From: Blastocladiella emersonii ATCC 22665
Lineage: Eukaryota; Fungi; Blastocladiomycota
Direction: 5' to 3'
Assembly: GCA_025594325.1 (NCBI GenBank)
Contig: JANHCV010000008.1
Location: forward strand, 992,001-1,056,000
DNA: 64,000 bases
Below the pieces are notes generated by a model, which saw only the letters and a program-made list of their open reading frames with translations, was not told the DNA's origin and searched no databases. Both the position numbers and the translations under genes were made by a program. Below are positions 34,690-46,223 of this stretch, in pieces (positions within the stretch are counted from its first letter, which is position 1; each line of letters begins with the position of its first letter).

Positions 34690-35525
34690 GCAACTCTACG
34701 CTGGTATGTGCACTTCCGGCCACCGTTGTGGATTTGAACCTGTACGGCAACAACATGACGGGGTCGGGATTTTCGGTTGCAAGTCCACACCTTCCACCGC
34801 GGCTCCGAGTCATCGATTTATCATGCAATCAGCTCGGCCTATCGCAAGCCGATGCCGAGCTTGACTGGCGCTTTCCTGTGGGCCTGCGGAAGCTCTGTAT
34901 CAACCATTCAGACCTTGGCGAACATGGCACACGCGCGCTGGTGCGTGCACTTCCTCAAGGTCTCGAAGTCCTAAGGGCGTCTAATGCAAGATTCACGAAC
35001 AATGGCGTGGCCAGGTTGGCTCAGAAATCCTGCCCGAACCTTAAAACGCTTGTTCTGACTTTAAACCAAATCGACGATGAACACCTCGTCGCCCTCTTCC
35101 AGCAGCTTCCTGAGGGGTTCGAATCGCTGACGCTTGGCGAGTATGATTGGTCACCAGAAACGATCGTGCTTTTCGCACCCTATTTTCCGCGCTCGCTCCG
35201 TGCTCTCAACCTCAGCGACGGATGCGAGTTGGACTTCCACAGCGTCCAGGCTCTTGCCGAGCATATGCCGCCCCGCCTCGAGTGGTGTGAGCTCGATGAC
35301 GCTGCTTCTTGAGCCCTCTTGGCGGTTTTACCGTAGACCTTGACCCATCTCGACCTGTGTTACAACGAACGAATCACGGACGCATCCATCACCAGTCTCG
35401 CCAAGCGGTTCCCGCCCAGTTTATCTCATGTTGATTTCGAGGGGACAAGCGTGACACAGGAGGCCATAGCCGCATTGAAAGCAGTTGCGCCAGAGGGCAC
35501 AACTGTACTCTTCCATTCCTTCTGA
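34690..35525 (+). pseudogene. RNI-like leucine-rich-repeat protein, 5'-truncated
   Basis: Repeats LPxxLxxLxLxxNx[LI]. In-frame TGA 35310 and TAG 35334 separate two same-frame ORFs. Confidence 0.7.
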
Positions 35526-35571
35526 CGAATGGCTCACTGATAGCATAACAATATATAACTTGCGCTCTCGA

Positions 35572-36350
35572 CTATTCCGCTAACAAGAGGCACTGAAACT
35601 CTTTTCTCAACCGCTTCATCGCGTACTCGAGTGCCTGGTTATTGGAGCTGTTTGGCGCCCGAGATATCCAGTACACCAAGACCAGCGTCTTGTACACGCG
35701 CAACGACCGAAAATAGGCGGGCGTAAGGGTCTGCAGCTCACAGAGCATGGCTTGGCCGAGGCAAGGCTCGGAGTCTCGACACAGTGGCTCGAAATCGCGC
35801 GCGAGCTGGCGGAGGCTGTTGCTCAGCTCGCAATTCAGCTTTGAAACCTCTTCTCTGGAGCGAACATGTGGCGGCAGCCGAACCTTTGGTCGCGCCAACC
35901 CCGGTACCGCTTGCAGCGCGATGTAGATGGTCATGGCCGCATTGGCCGGACTGGCCACGCGATCGCAGTGTCTGAGGGAGTGCGGAACTGGCTTGGTGCG
36001 CGGCTTGTCGCGGGACAGGCGCAGAAGGACCCGACAGTACCCGTAGTTCGAGCTCATGGTCGCGACTGAACTGGAGCGGCGGTGAGAGTGGCTGGTGTTC
36101 GTGTCATAGGGATTCTCCGAAGCGCAATCAAATCGATGAGAGCGAGATTCCGTGGCAAAGCCGTCAAGTTCAAGGCCACCTTCCACATCTGGTTGCAGAA
36201 CGAGACGCTTGGGTGCAAGTCTCACCGGTGAGACCGGCACCCGCGACGTATTCGGTCCACAGAGTCGGTGGCGCAGCTCGACGTGTACTGCATCGAGCCG
36301 ATTCATCAAGGCGGTAAGCGTCGCGTTGCGCTCATGCGCTCATCCGAGCA
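35572..36350 (-). pseudogene. Family A (A3-like) copy lacking the central core
   Basis: YGYC..HSLRHCDRVASPANAAMTIYIAL aligns with CVYC..HSEAECSRVTNAHNLAIVIYKAL (52927). First Cys lost. Confidence 0.55.
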
Positions 36351-36569
36351 AGCGAAGTCACCTGCTGCGGAGGAACTCAAGGCGGAGCCGCTGGCATTCG
36401 CGGAACAATTTCCAGCGACCGTCTCGAAAACGGTTGCAGGAAGTCGTTAGGTGATTTGTCGAGGGCCTTGAGATTGCGCGCATCACATTTTCTCAAGACA
36501 AGTATAATCTGACGTTCATAACTTTGCTCGAGCCAGGTGAATCGTCCGTGGCCCAAACGTGGCGGTTTG

Positions 36570-36606
36570 GAGACGCGTTCCGATATCATGTGGCGTCAGC
36601 TGACGC
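36570..36606 (+). promoter_or_regulatory. Conserved 37-bp upstream block of A4 genes
   Basis: GAGACGCGTTCCGATATCATGTGGCGTCAGCTGACGC; 35/37 identical to 54103-54139; ~88 nt upstream of the ATG. Confidence 0.6.
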
Positions 36607-36693
36607 TTGGCTGGGGTCGCCTCCGCGAGCGCTGCAGCTGCGACGCTGCTCTGCTGATGGAGTTCAGCAACCACCTGAGACACATGTATCGCG

Positions 36694-38193
36694 ATGACCA
36701 CTCCATGCAAAGCGCTTTTCGAAATGAATACTTCGGCACCGCTGCCTGGCAACAGCCATGAACAAAGGGCTCACCTCACAGCCGTGTGTCAGCAGGCGTT
36801 GAACTTGCGTTTATCCCTCATCAAGCTTAAGCTCGCCGCTCGTGATTGTACTTCGCTGACAGAGTCTCAAAATATCGCAAAACAGTTGTCTATCCTTACG
36901 GCGCAACTTCAGGACTTGGATCGAACGCGCGAGACGCTCGATCGTCCAAACGGCTACGGTGTGGAATCTCAGGTTGGCGACCAGAACCCTGTTGTAACTT
37001 ATCGTCGACCTGCTTCGGACTCGCAAGTCAAGTCCCGCTCCGACACGGATTTCTCAGCCAAACCATCAAAACCGACGGATTTGCCTGTAGCCTTGGGCTT
37101 TAGTGCACCGCGTCCACTTAAGGAGACCCCCGACCTCGTGTTACTCGCGCCTGCCGTCCGATCGCCCCGCGATCCGTTGCTTCCGCGTCCGCGGGGACCG
37201 TCGCCACCGGGCTCCAACCGCAAGGGCGCTTTCGACGTCACGCTTTACGAAACGCTCCGCCGCCGAGGCCTCGAGCTCCGGCTCACTGTTCTCATGGACA
37301 GCGAGGAAGTGAAACGCGCAAGTCTCGCATTTCTCGCCGAGCTGCACAAAATTGCACCAGGCTTTAACCTGGCGAGCAAGCTCCTTACGTCGGGAAGGCA
37401 CATGCCCCGTTCCGTCTACCACATTCTCGCTGTCTTTCTGCGGGATGATACGTCGAACTTCGATGCTCAGCAACTTTTTATGAATATCATCCGCCCCGCT
37501 TGGAAACGCGACTGGGTCGGTCGGTGGCTCTCGCTGTCTCCGCGGCCAGGCGAACCAGTTTGGCGATTGTATGACGCGTTCCGCGCGTTGCTTTCCGAGG
37601 CCGTCGACCTGGATCAAGAACCTGGATTCCTCGACTCGCGCCAAATCAAACTGGTCTTTGCTCAAAAGCTATTCCCTGGGCGAGGGAACTCGGCCGGTCC
37701 CGTGGTGAGCGCGGCTTCTCATTCGCTCACGACGCTCAAGGATGTGGCAGTAGCGTTCACACGCATCACGCTGTCAAAGACTGACATTAAGAATTTGGCC
37801 GTGACGTCCACCAAGTGCCCGTTCTGCGCCCACCTCCCGTTTATTCACGCGGCTGGCACGTTGCATCCGCTCAACGGCTGTCGGAAGCTGGGCGACAAGT
37901 GCTTACAGGCGCAGATCATCGTTGACGCCCTTGCCCATGAAGGGATCGTACTCGAGTACTCGCGTCCTGGCGAAAACTTAAGCAACTCTACAGCCATGAA
38001 ACTGGCCGAGCAAGTACAACAGCGACTTTGCAAAGCGCTAGCTTCAACGAATCCCTCGAGTCGCGCATGGAGCCTGCTCGAAGACGCGCGTTGTCTGTTG
38101 CAGGCCCTCACTTCTCTCACGAGCGGGAGCAAATGGCGCGCGATGAGAGACCTTTGGATTCATGTGCAAGTTCTGTCGTCGCGCAAGAGATGA
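36694..38193 (+). CDS. Family A (A4) Gag-like protein, 499 aa
   Basis: MTTPCK start, QQALNLRLSLIKLKL, LSPRPGEPVWRLYDAFRALLSEA, CPFC-x12-H-x4-C, ending MRDLW. Confidence 0.8.
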   Translation: MTTPCKALFEMNTSAPLPGNSHEQRAHLTAVCQQALNLRLSLIKLKLAARDCTSLTESQNIAKQLSILTAQLQDLDRTRETLDRPNGYGVESQVGDQNPVVTYRRPASDSQVKSRSDTDFSAKPSKPTDLPVALGFSAPRPLKETPDLVLLAPAVRSPRDPLLPRPRGPSPPGSNRKGAFDVTLYETLRRRGLELRLTVLMDSEEVKRASLAFLAELHKIAPGFNLASKLLTSGRHMPRSVYHILAVFLRDDTSNFDAQQLFMNIIRPAWKRDWVGRWLSLSPRPGEPVWRLYDAFRALLSEAVDLDQEPGFLDSRQIKLVFAQKLFPGRGNSAGPVVSAASHSLTTLKDVAVAFTRITLSKTDIKNLAVTSTKCPFCAHLPFIHAAGTLHPLNGCRKLGDKCLQAQIIVDALAHEGIVLEYSRPGENLSNSTAMKLAEQVQQRLCKALASTNPSSRAWSLLEDARCLLQALTSLTSGSKWRAMRDLWIHVQVLSSRKR

Positions 38194-38229
38194 ACGCCTG
38201 TGTAGAGTTGGATATATCGAATTGTTGTT

Positions 38230-38440
38230 GCGTCCCTCCTTGAAACAACTGAACATCAAGAGGCTGTTCGCGGAACGGTTCGACGGCGTTCAACTCGCTG
38301 ATATACACGCTTCTCTTTCCGACCCGCGGCTTTCGCTGGAAGGTGTGCTTGTGGAATGTTTTCGCTTGACCAAACGGGACGTCAAGGTCAAAAGCCGCCG
38401 TACCAAAGATTCTTTTAACTCCGCTTCAGCCGCGGCAGAT
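38230..38440 (+). pseudogene. Family A (A3) internal fragment
   Basis: NIKRLFAERFDGVQLADI..LSDPRLSLEGVLVECFRL matches HIKQLLAERFDGVDLLDV..IDDPEQSFEDVLKMCFRL of 48680. Confidence 0.6.
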
Positions 38441-38830
38441 TTCACGCAGCACCCCCGTCGCACTCCGTCTACTTTACAGCTTACCCCTGTTGCTCCTTTG
38501 GTCGGCGGCATGATGTAATAAACTACACGGTGCGGTCGATGTGGAAGGCCCCATCAGCCGTCGATGCTCACGTTTATTGAGCGTACGCACGTCAGCGAGT
38601 GAATAAACCAAGTCCACGCCGAGATCAACTTCTTAACAAGGGCGAGTCTTGATTGGACAACCCGAGGAGCGCGTGTAAAGCTTGGGCATCTATTGCGACG
38701 CGCTGCGCCACAGCGTGGCAGGACGGCATTGCTCGGCCCTCACGTGATTGGAGCGAGCGGCGCGGGATGAACGCTTCGCGCGCGCGTTGCAGTCGCGCTC
38801 CCTGAACGACTCAGGTCTAATGCGATACGA

Positions 38831-39715
38831 ATGGATTTTGCTTCGAGAACCTACTGCAACGCCGTCTCCGGTCCATCCCCAACCCCTGGCCAGGGCTCGC
38901 GATTTCCAAGGCCGACTATGGCTTGCGGCTCCAGCTTGGCCATTGAGCCAAACACGACTTCCGGATACGGAGACTTGACTGCTGAGCAGAATGCCTTGTG
39001 CAACGTCGTCAACAGACGGTTCGATCTGCTTCGCGTTACTCTTTCGATGCGCATCACGCCCGGCCGCTCTTTCGACGCGGCGCTGCTCAATGCAGCCATT
39101 CTCGAGCTCGGCAGAGCGGACTTCTACCTCGAGAGCCTTACTGGTGTGTCTGCTCGAGCGAACGATTCTCCACTCATCGCGGCAAGCACGACTTCACCTT
39201 CGACTGTCACCTCCGAATCTGTTCCTATCTCGCATGCTAGCGACCAGTCGCTGCTCCACGAACTCTACCTCTACCCCTCGTACTTGTCAGCAGCTTCTGT
39301 TACAGTTCAAGCCAAGCCCATTGGTCATGCCAAAGCTTTCGTTCGCGGCGATTCAGCGGTAAATCTCGCCACGATCTCGAAACCAAACGTGACCCCCGGC
39401 CTTTCCAACCACTACCGAACCGAATCCGATCTCGCTTTTCTGTTCAATGACCGTCTCGTACCCCGCCTCGACCCGCGCCACCGCTACCGAACTGACGCGA
39501 CGCTCTCTACCGCCAAGCGTGCGAGTTCCATCGGCGCCCGTCATCGGCAACGCGGATCCCGTCGCTGTCGCTCAGCTGGTCGAATTCCCTGCAGATGTTG
39601 CCGGTCCTGTCGTAGCAGTACCAGAAGCGGCGACGCCCAACGCGGCTGTACCAGAAGTGGCGGCAGTTGGTAAATCTCCAAAGACTCGCAGCAGCTTGAA
39701 GCCGTCGCACACGCA
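38831..39715 (+). pseudogene. Family A (A5) N-module and linker, frameshifted near 39450-39500
   Basis: TYCN..AEQNALCNVVNRRFDLLRVTL..FDAALLNAAILELGRA. No core or knuckle. Confidence 0.6.
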
Positions 39716-40544
39716 GCCGCAGCTGGAGGAGGGCGAGATTGCCCGGCCTGTGGTCCGCGATACAGGCATTGACTTGATCGACGCCTCCGAGTGCATTCAT
39801 CCGACGCCGCGCTCGTGCCGCGACTTGCTGTCGCACGACCCGCTCGACACCGAGCTCACGCCGGCGCAGCTGCGCAAGATTCTCAGCCACGTCAAGTGGC
39901 AAAAGCTGTTCACCCCGCCCGAGCTGCAGGAGCCCATCCGCGACTGCCTCGCGGCACTCGGCAAGGAAGTTCAGCCTGATCGCCGCTTGCGCGAGAAAAG
40001 CAGGTTGCTGACGGCCGTGATCAACCTCGTGTACGAGGGCATCGAGGGCGCCGTCACGGTTCGCCGCCAGGCCGTTGCATCGGGCGGCAAGCAGCCGTCC
40101 ATGGAGCCGTGTTACCGGCCCCTGCGGGACGCGGCGCGCCTGCTCGCCCACATGATGCATCTCGAACATGTGGCGGAGCGCAAGCGCATCATCAAGGCGC
40201 TGGGCGTCAGTGACTTCGTCGACCTGACCACCATCAAGGTCGCCCGCAAGTCGATGTCGGAGGTGCCGCAGCTCATGGGCAGCGGCTTCGTCGAGCAGGT
40301 GCGTGACAGGCTCGCGCACGTCAAGCGCCCCGACGAGCGCAAGACCAACAAGGGCGGCAAGCGCAACGCGACGGCGGCGGGGCTCGACGCGCCGGCCGCC
40401 AAGCGTGGCAAGGGCAAGGCGGTGCCGAATACGTCGTCCTCGTCGTGCGCTGGCTCGAGCTCGAAGCAGGCCAAGCCCGCGTCGAAATCGGCGTCCAAGG
40501 CGAAGCGCAAGGGCAAGAACAACAAGTCGAGTCGCGCCTCATGA
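39716..40544 (+). mobile_element. DIRS-type (tyrosine-recombinase retrotransposon) Gag-like fragment
   Basis: Abrupt GC3 rise. F.PP.L, DRRL, DAARLL....ERKRIIKAL, LMG..F followed by a basic tail, a pattern I recall from DIRS Gag. No RT or recombinase follows. Confidence 0.45.
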
Positions 40545-40783
40545 CCTCCTCCTTTTCTCCCCTTACATATAGCATCGTTTTTGTTGCTGATCGACCTGCT
40601 CTCGCTAGCTTGTTCTGAACGAATGCGAGGTTTCCCGGATCGTCCAAGATCAATCGACACTTCTCTCGATTTGAACACGATGTTAGTAATCTTGGGCACA
40701 CTTAATGTAGAACGAGCTCTCAAGGTTGCGGAGTCAGGGGCGAAACAGACAACGTGTATTGAATCGGCTATCATCGCCCAAGC

Positions 40784-41311
40784 TCAATCGAGCTCCACAA
40801 TGCGCGAATCGCCACCACTCGCGGCGAGGTCCGCGGTCGTGTCCTGCTCGCGTTCGAGCGCGCGACGTGCGGCGAGCTCTTCGTGCAGCAAGTCGACCTT
40901 GGCGCGCATACTAGCTGCTTTTTCCGTCGCCACGGCCAAGGAGTCGTTGTACTCGGTCTCGGACATGCCTTCCGATGATACAACAAGCGACCGCATCCCG
41001 AGAATCGCCTGTTGCACCGACTCCATGTGCGTCGCGACAGCTTCCATGTGCGGGATCGCGGCGATGAGCTCTTTGGTGGTCGCGGTGCGGCCCTGGGGCT
41101 TGTTCGCCCGCACGACCGCCATGTGCCGTTCCATGCCGGCCGTTCCAGTTTCCAGAGCAGCGATGTGTCGATGCATGCTGGCCATGGTCGAGTCCGCTGT
41201 CATGAGCTCAAACGGCGCCGCGAACGAAGGAGGCGGCGCCGTTGGCGCAGCGACCTTGCTGCGCGGAGCGCGCCGCTTGCGGGCGGATGCCTTTTGCGCG
41301 TTGTAGCCCAT
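40784..41311 (-). CDS. Family B small helical protein, 175 aa, C-terminal RIVELD
   Basis: MGYNAQK..RKRR start and RIVELD* end shared with 13025 and 16020. Confidence 0.75.
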   Translation of the reverse strand: MGYNAQKASARKRRAPRSKVAAPTAPPPSFAAPFELMTADSTMASMHRHIAALETGTAGMERHMAVVRANKPQGRTATTKELIAAIPHMEAVATHMESVQQAILGMRSLVVSSEGMSETEYNDSLAVATEKAASMRAKVDLLHEELAARRALEREQDTTADLAASGGDSRIVELD

Positions 41312-43186
41312 GGTCTGTCTCAGTTGGTTGCGATAAGTGTTTGCATGGAATGTCGTGCTTGATTCAGCTCATTGAGGGGGAAGGGAGCAAAGGGTGAGAG
41401 AGCGGGGAGTTCGTTCGCAACGAAGATGCCCACGTGGGCGGTGCAACCGCTCGCTTCAACGCGCGGACCGCGTCGCTCGTGTTGGCGTGACTTGAAGCGG
41501 TTGGGGAGTTTCGTTTCGAGACGGTCTCACTCTCGCACCGTCCCGCACCAATGCAATACTACAATGTAACTTGATGCAACATGCTCTCAAACGATCACGC
41601 TGCTTATTCTCGGCTGTGGCCTGAAAACGACGGGGTCTCAAATAGTCGTCCTGAACACGGGGGCAAGCTCGGCGACTTTCACGTCGTTGCAGTGTTACAG
41701 TCTCTGCGCCCCGTCCGCCAAATCCGCCTCCTCCTCGCACGGGTTCATTGTCGCTGATTCGAGAGCCAGGGCGGTCAACCGAACCGTCTCCCGCGACAGC
41801 TAGTTCAAGTACCGTGTCGAATTGCTGTTTGGGAGCCCCGCCACCCGTGTGACGCCACGAGCGCTCCTCCGTTTCTTCGTCACAAACCTCTTCTGAACTC
41901 GCAGGCTTGATTGAGCGTAAAGCACCGTTCTTTCGATTTTTGCGCAGCGATGTGCTGCTACTCTCCATGGTCGAGCAGAACCCGTCCGTGTTTATCGCGC
42001 AACTCAGAGCGCCGGTTCGACGCAGCATTCGTCTCGTAGATGGACGCCGAGAGAGTGAGGGTGCGCGTCGCGCGATTGATAACAGCACGTGCCGATGTTT
42101 CAGCCGCGGCGGGCGCTACGTTCGCGCCGAACGCCGGCCCTCGCCCTCTCTCGCCCACTCACCCCCATGCACTCGTATGAACTATGAACATTCTATGCAA
42201 CGGAATGGGAGACACATTACCTGTAAGCTTGGACGCTGTTCGTCGCCTCGTCGCGGCATTTGCGCGGACCCGAGCTGTGCCCGCATCCGAGTCGAGCAAG
42301 CGGGCGCTTTACGAGTCAATCTTGCTATGTACCATGGACGTTCGTTGTCAACTCATGCGACTCGCGCTGTCTACATACCAGCAGTGTTCCAAGCCTTTTC
42401 TTGAAACCTCCTTGCAACACGACCAACGGGCTCATTACGAGCAGCTTCAGGAGTTGGCGGAACTTCGAAAACTTATGGACGCGGATGTTTCCTTTCTGCA
42501 TGTGCAGCCCTTGGTATTGGCCCCGCCAGAATCGGTGTTGGACCTCCCAGAATCGCGCACCGGTGAGCTCGAGCGGAACCGTTTGCCGCCTAGCGGCGCA
42601 AGTGCTTCGGCTGCGAAACGTTTGTCCCAGCAACCTCGCTCCAGCCCTCGTTCAAATGCCAGATCTCGATCCCGCTCTCGCTCGCGCACCAGCGCCCGTA
42701 ACCGGTACACTTTGAACCGACGCTCACGATCGCGATCGCTTGTCCGCGAAGCAGATCGCGACCAGGCCAGCCCAAGCTCGCAAATCTCCGCACGATTTCG
42801 CCGTCGATCCAGGCCACGCTAGCACGAAAGGTCAAAACGGTCGCGTCACCGCTCCCAATCGCCAAGAACGCGCCGTCGCTCCCAATTTTTGTCTAGCGAG
42901 GGAGCTTCGCAAAGTTCCAACGACAGCCCTCAATCTCAGTCGCAAAGTTCTGATGCTCTCTACCGCTTAGGGCCCGTTTGGTTCAGATCAGGTGGATCAG
43001 CTGAAAAGGTTGCCACGTTTCACCTCACCCCCGTTCATCTCAGCGGCCGTGCGAACCAAACGCCCCGCTGGATGAACGCCCCTCCCCCCCCCCGCAATAA
43101 AATCTTTCCCACCTCTTTGCAGCCGCACTTATTGCAACGAATCAACACCTAACCTCACGCATCGTGTTCTCGAGCCCTCAAACAAC

Positions 43187-44504
43187 ATGGGCAAGGGATA
43201 CAACCGCAAGCTGTGCGGCCTCATGCTCACGGCCGCCCTCGCTCTCCTGCGACGTCTCGCTGCGCGCAACGAGCGCCGCTCGTGGGAGCCTATCCGCACG
43301 TCCACGCTTTCCGGCGAGTCGTGGGTTCAAGAGCTGCTGACGTGCAACAGCGAAACGCGTTTTTCGGAAATCGCCCGTATGTCCCGCGAGACCTTCAAGG
43401 CCATCTGCCGCCTGTTCCGCGACCGTGGCCTTCTCGCCGACGGCCGCGAGCTGTCCGTCGAGGCGCGCTTCATGGTTTTTCTTGTCATGGCCGGCGAGGG
43501 CAGCACCAACCGCAACCTCAGGGAGCGGTTCCAAATCTCTGGCGAGACCGCGTCCAGGGTTCTGAAGCAAGTGCTCGACGCTCTGTACCGCCTGATGCCC
43601 GAGTTCATTGTCCAGCCGTCCGATTCTACGCCCGTGCATGAGCGCATCGCCCACGACCCGAAATACGCTCCGTTCCAGAACGCGGTCGGCGCGCTTGACG
43701 GAACGCACATCCCGTTTGTTGTGCCCACTAAGCTTCACGACTCGTTCCGAAACCGCAAGGGGACCATATACTCAAATGTCCTCGCTGCCTGCGACTTTGA
43801 CTTGAACTTCACCTACGTTCTCGCAGGGTGGGAGGGCAAGGCGCACGACTCGCGCGTGCTCTCGGACGCCTTCGCCCGTGGGTTCAAGATCCCCGCCGGC
43901 CGCTTCTACCTCGCCGACGGCGGCTACGCAAACCGCACGTCCATCATCGTGCCCTTCCGCGGTACCCGCTATCATCTTCGCGAGTTTGCCCGCGGCAAGG
44001 ATGGGTACGTTCTCACTGCCATGACCATCACGTTGGCGCCATCTCATCCGCTTCATCAACGTACGTAGAGTTAAGAACCGCGAGGAGCTTTTCAATCTGC
44101 GTCACGCGTCGCTCCGCAACTCTGTTGAGCGTATCTTTGGCGTGCTCAAGAAGCGGTTCCGCGTCCTCTCGATTGGCGCGGCCTACCCAATCAAGACTCA
44201 AGTCAAGCTTGTGTACGCGCTCTGCACGCTGCACAACATGATCAACAAGTGGAACCAAGGCGGCGACGCCTTCTTTCGCGACGCCGAGACGGAGCTCCGG
44301 CGCGCGCGGGACGCGGCGCGTGAGGCGCCAGTGCGTGGGCGCGAGCCCCTGGACGACGAGAACGAGGAGGACGACGAGGCCGCTGTCCTCGAGGCCTCGC
44401 TGGACGGAGCTCGTCAGCGCGGTATCTCGCTTCGGAACCGCGTCGCAAATGTTCTTTGGACCGAGTACAGGCGCGTCATGGCCGCTCGTGGGACCCGTCT
44501 TTGA
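43187..44504 (+). CDS. Harbinger DDE transposase, 417 aa after splicing
   Basis: ALDGTH, AHDSRV, YLADGGY, FNLRHASLRNSVERIFGVLKKRF. Intron 44005-44068 restores the frame. Confidence 0.92.
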
Positions 44505-44817
44505 AGGCGCGAAATAATTGTTGTACCCGCATGCATGCTGTAATATACTGATTTGTCAAGTACTATAATGTTATATAAGCGATTCCAGATGATTTGACGC
44601 GTCGCTGAGGTCAGAACGCATCGGTGGAGACGCGTCGATCAATCACGTGACGTGTGAGACACTTTGCGAACCACGCGTTTCTCAACGAGTCGCGTCATTT
44701 TCGAGCCAAGGGTAACGATTGAAGATACGATGGACACAAAGCCAGATGTATTGGACACAAATGGGCGAGAACAAGGCCAGGAAGCAACGCGAGGGGAGGG
44801 GGACATGTGCGAGAGAG

Positions 44818-45190
44818 CTACTGAATGAAAAACTCGAGGACGCGCTTGCGCTTCGATTCGGACACGGCCATGACGCGAAGCGCTTGATCCTCGGTCAGGC
44901 GGGTGGCGACGTCGATCTGGTACTCTTCATTGTCGTTGTACGCGTCCTGGACCCATTCAAGTGCGGCGGTCAGGACGGGCTTGGGGTCGGCGGTCGCGAC
45001 GCTCTGGAACACCTCCTTGATGCCCAGGAGGAATTCCGAGTCCGAGAGGCGACGCGAGCTGCTGTCCGAAGTGCGGCTGCGCTTGCTGGCGGGGGCCGCG
45101 TCGTCTTGACCATCGACACCTTCCACGTCACCAGACTCCTTGCCGTCCTGCTCGAGGTGCGAGTACTCGCCGGTGGTGGTCGAGCCGCCC
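44818..45190 (-). pseudogene. 3' remnant of the Harbinger Myb/SANT-like gene
   Basis: Nearly identical to 50700-51073. About 0.8 kb including the start codon is deleted at 45190. Confidence 0.85.
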
Positions 45191-46223
45191 CACGAAGGAA
45201 AACAGCGTTTATATAGGCCGGGAAGCACAGCCTGAAGGTTTCGGGGGCGAGCAGACGGGCAATTCAGCGACGAGGGTTCCATTCAGCTCATCCGGGGGTC
45301 GACCCAAACGCCGCGATGAACGCGACGGGGTGAAAATGCCACGTTTCAGCTGGGTGAACACCGGACCGTGTAAAATCGATTGATCCACCTGATTCACCCC
45401 GGAACCAAACGGGCCCTTACTCAAGACCCGAGGCCCACAACTCGAGCGACCGTTCGGTCAGCGACATTTTACGCGCAGGGACACGGAACAGTTTCTCGTT
45501 GCTCTCCGCCGAATGTCGACGCATGCAAGCCTGGTGCAACTATTGCTTCTGGCCTACCGCAACGTCCCGAGTAACATATACGAGGCCTACGCCGTGTTCT
45601 TACGCGATTTTGCTTCGGATCAGGAGGCGCGGTGTCACTTTATCGCTTCTGTTGATTCCCCCGACAACCGTCGCTGGATCATTCGCTGGAGGAGGCTGGC
45701 TCCGACGACTGGCGAAACCGTGGCCCAGTTCTACGTCAAATTCCGCGCGCTACTGGAAGAAGCGATCACTGTGACCGCGGACATTGAGCGCGAGCGCCAC
45801 GTCAAGAAACTGTTTGCCGACAAGATATACCGCGGATTTGGTTTCAACCACGAAACCATCTTGCAACTTGTCGCCGATCCAAGAGTCTCCCTTACTGATA
45901 TCGTCGCAGCTGTTGGACATCTTGTATTCTCGACGGTTGTTCCGCTGGGTCCGCGTGCACCGCCTTCTCCCTGATAAATCTGCAGGAGCCTCGCACATCC
46001 CGCCAATTTCTGAATAGAATGCGCATCGCTGTACTACGGCAGATTGCTTAAAATGAGGAGTGAATTGTGGGGGCGGGACAGGGCACGCAAAGTTCTCCCG
46101 AGCGGGAGGCGAGATGAAAGAACGCGTTTAGCGATCACGAGATGCCCGGGTCCAAAGCACCAACCGCATGCCGCTTCGGTTTCCGCTCCCTCGCACACCA
46201 CGAAGCAACCGAATGACAGCGCC

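Larger units (their letters stand above)
42970..45416 (+). mobile_element. PIF/Harbinger transposon, copy 1 (2447 bp, internally deleted)
   Basis: TIRs GGGCCCGTTTGGTTC / GAACCAAACGGGCCC; TTA target duplication at 42967-69 and 45417-19. Confidence 0.95.
42184..45974 (+). pseudogene. Family A (A2) gene interrupted by Harbinger copy 1
   Basis: MNILCN start; in-frame TAG at 42820. Removing 42970-45416 plus one TTA gives ...DALYRL|LKTRGP...MSTHASLV in frame with 45513. Lacks knuckle and tail. Confidence 0.75.

Noticed and set aside
41456-42088. 210-aa minus-strand ORF between B and A2
   Set aside because: No motif or paralog, and it overlaps a decayed family-A start motif at 41563; probably chance.
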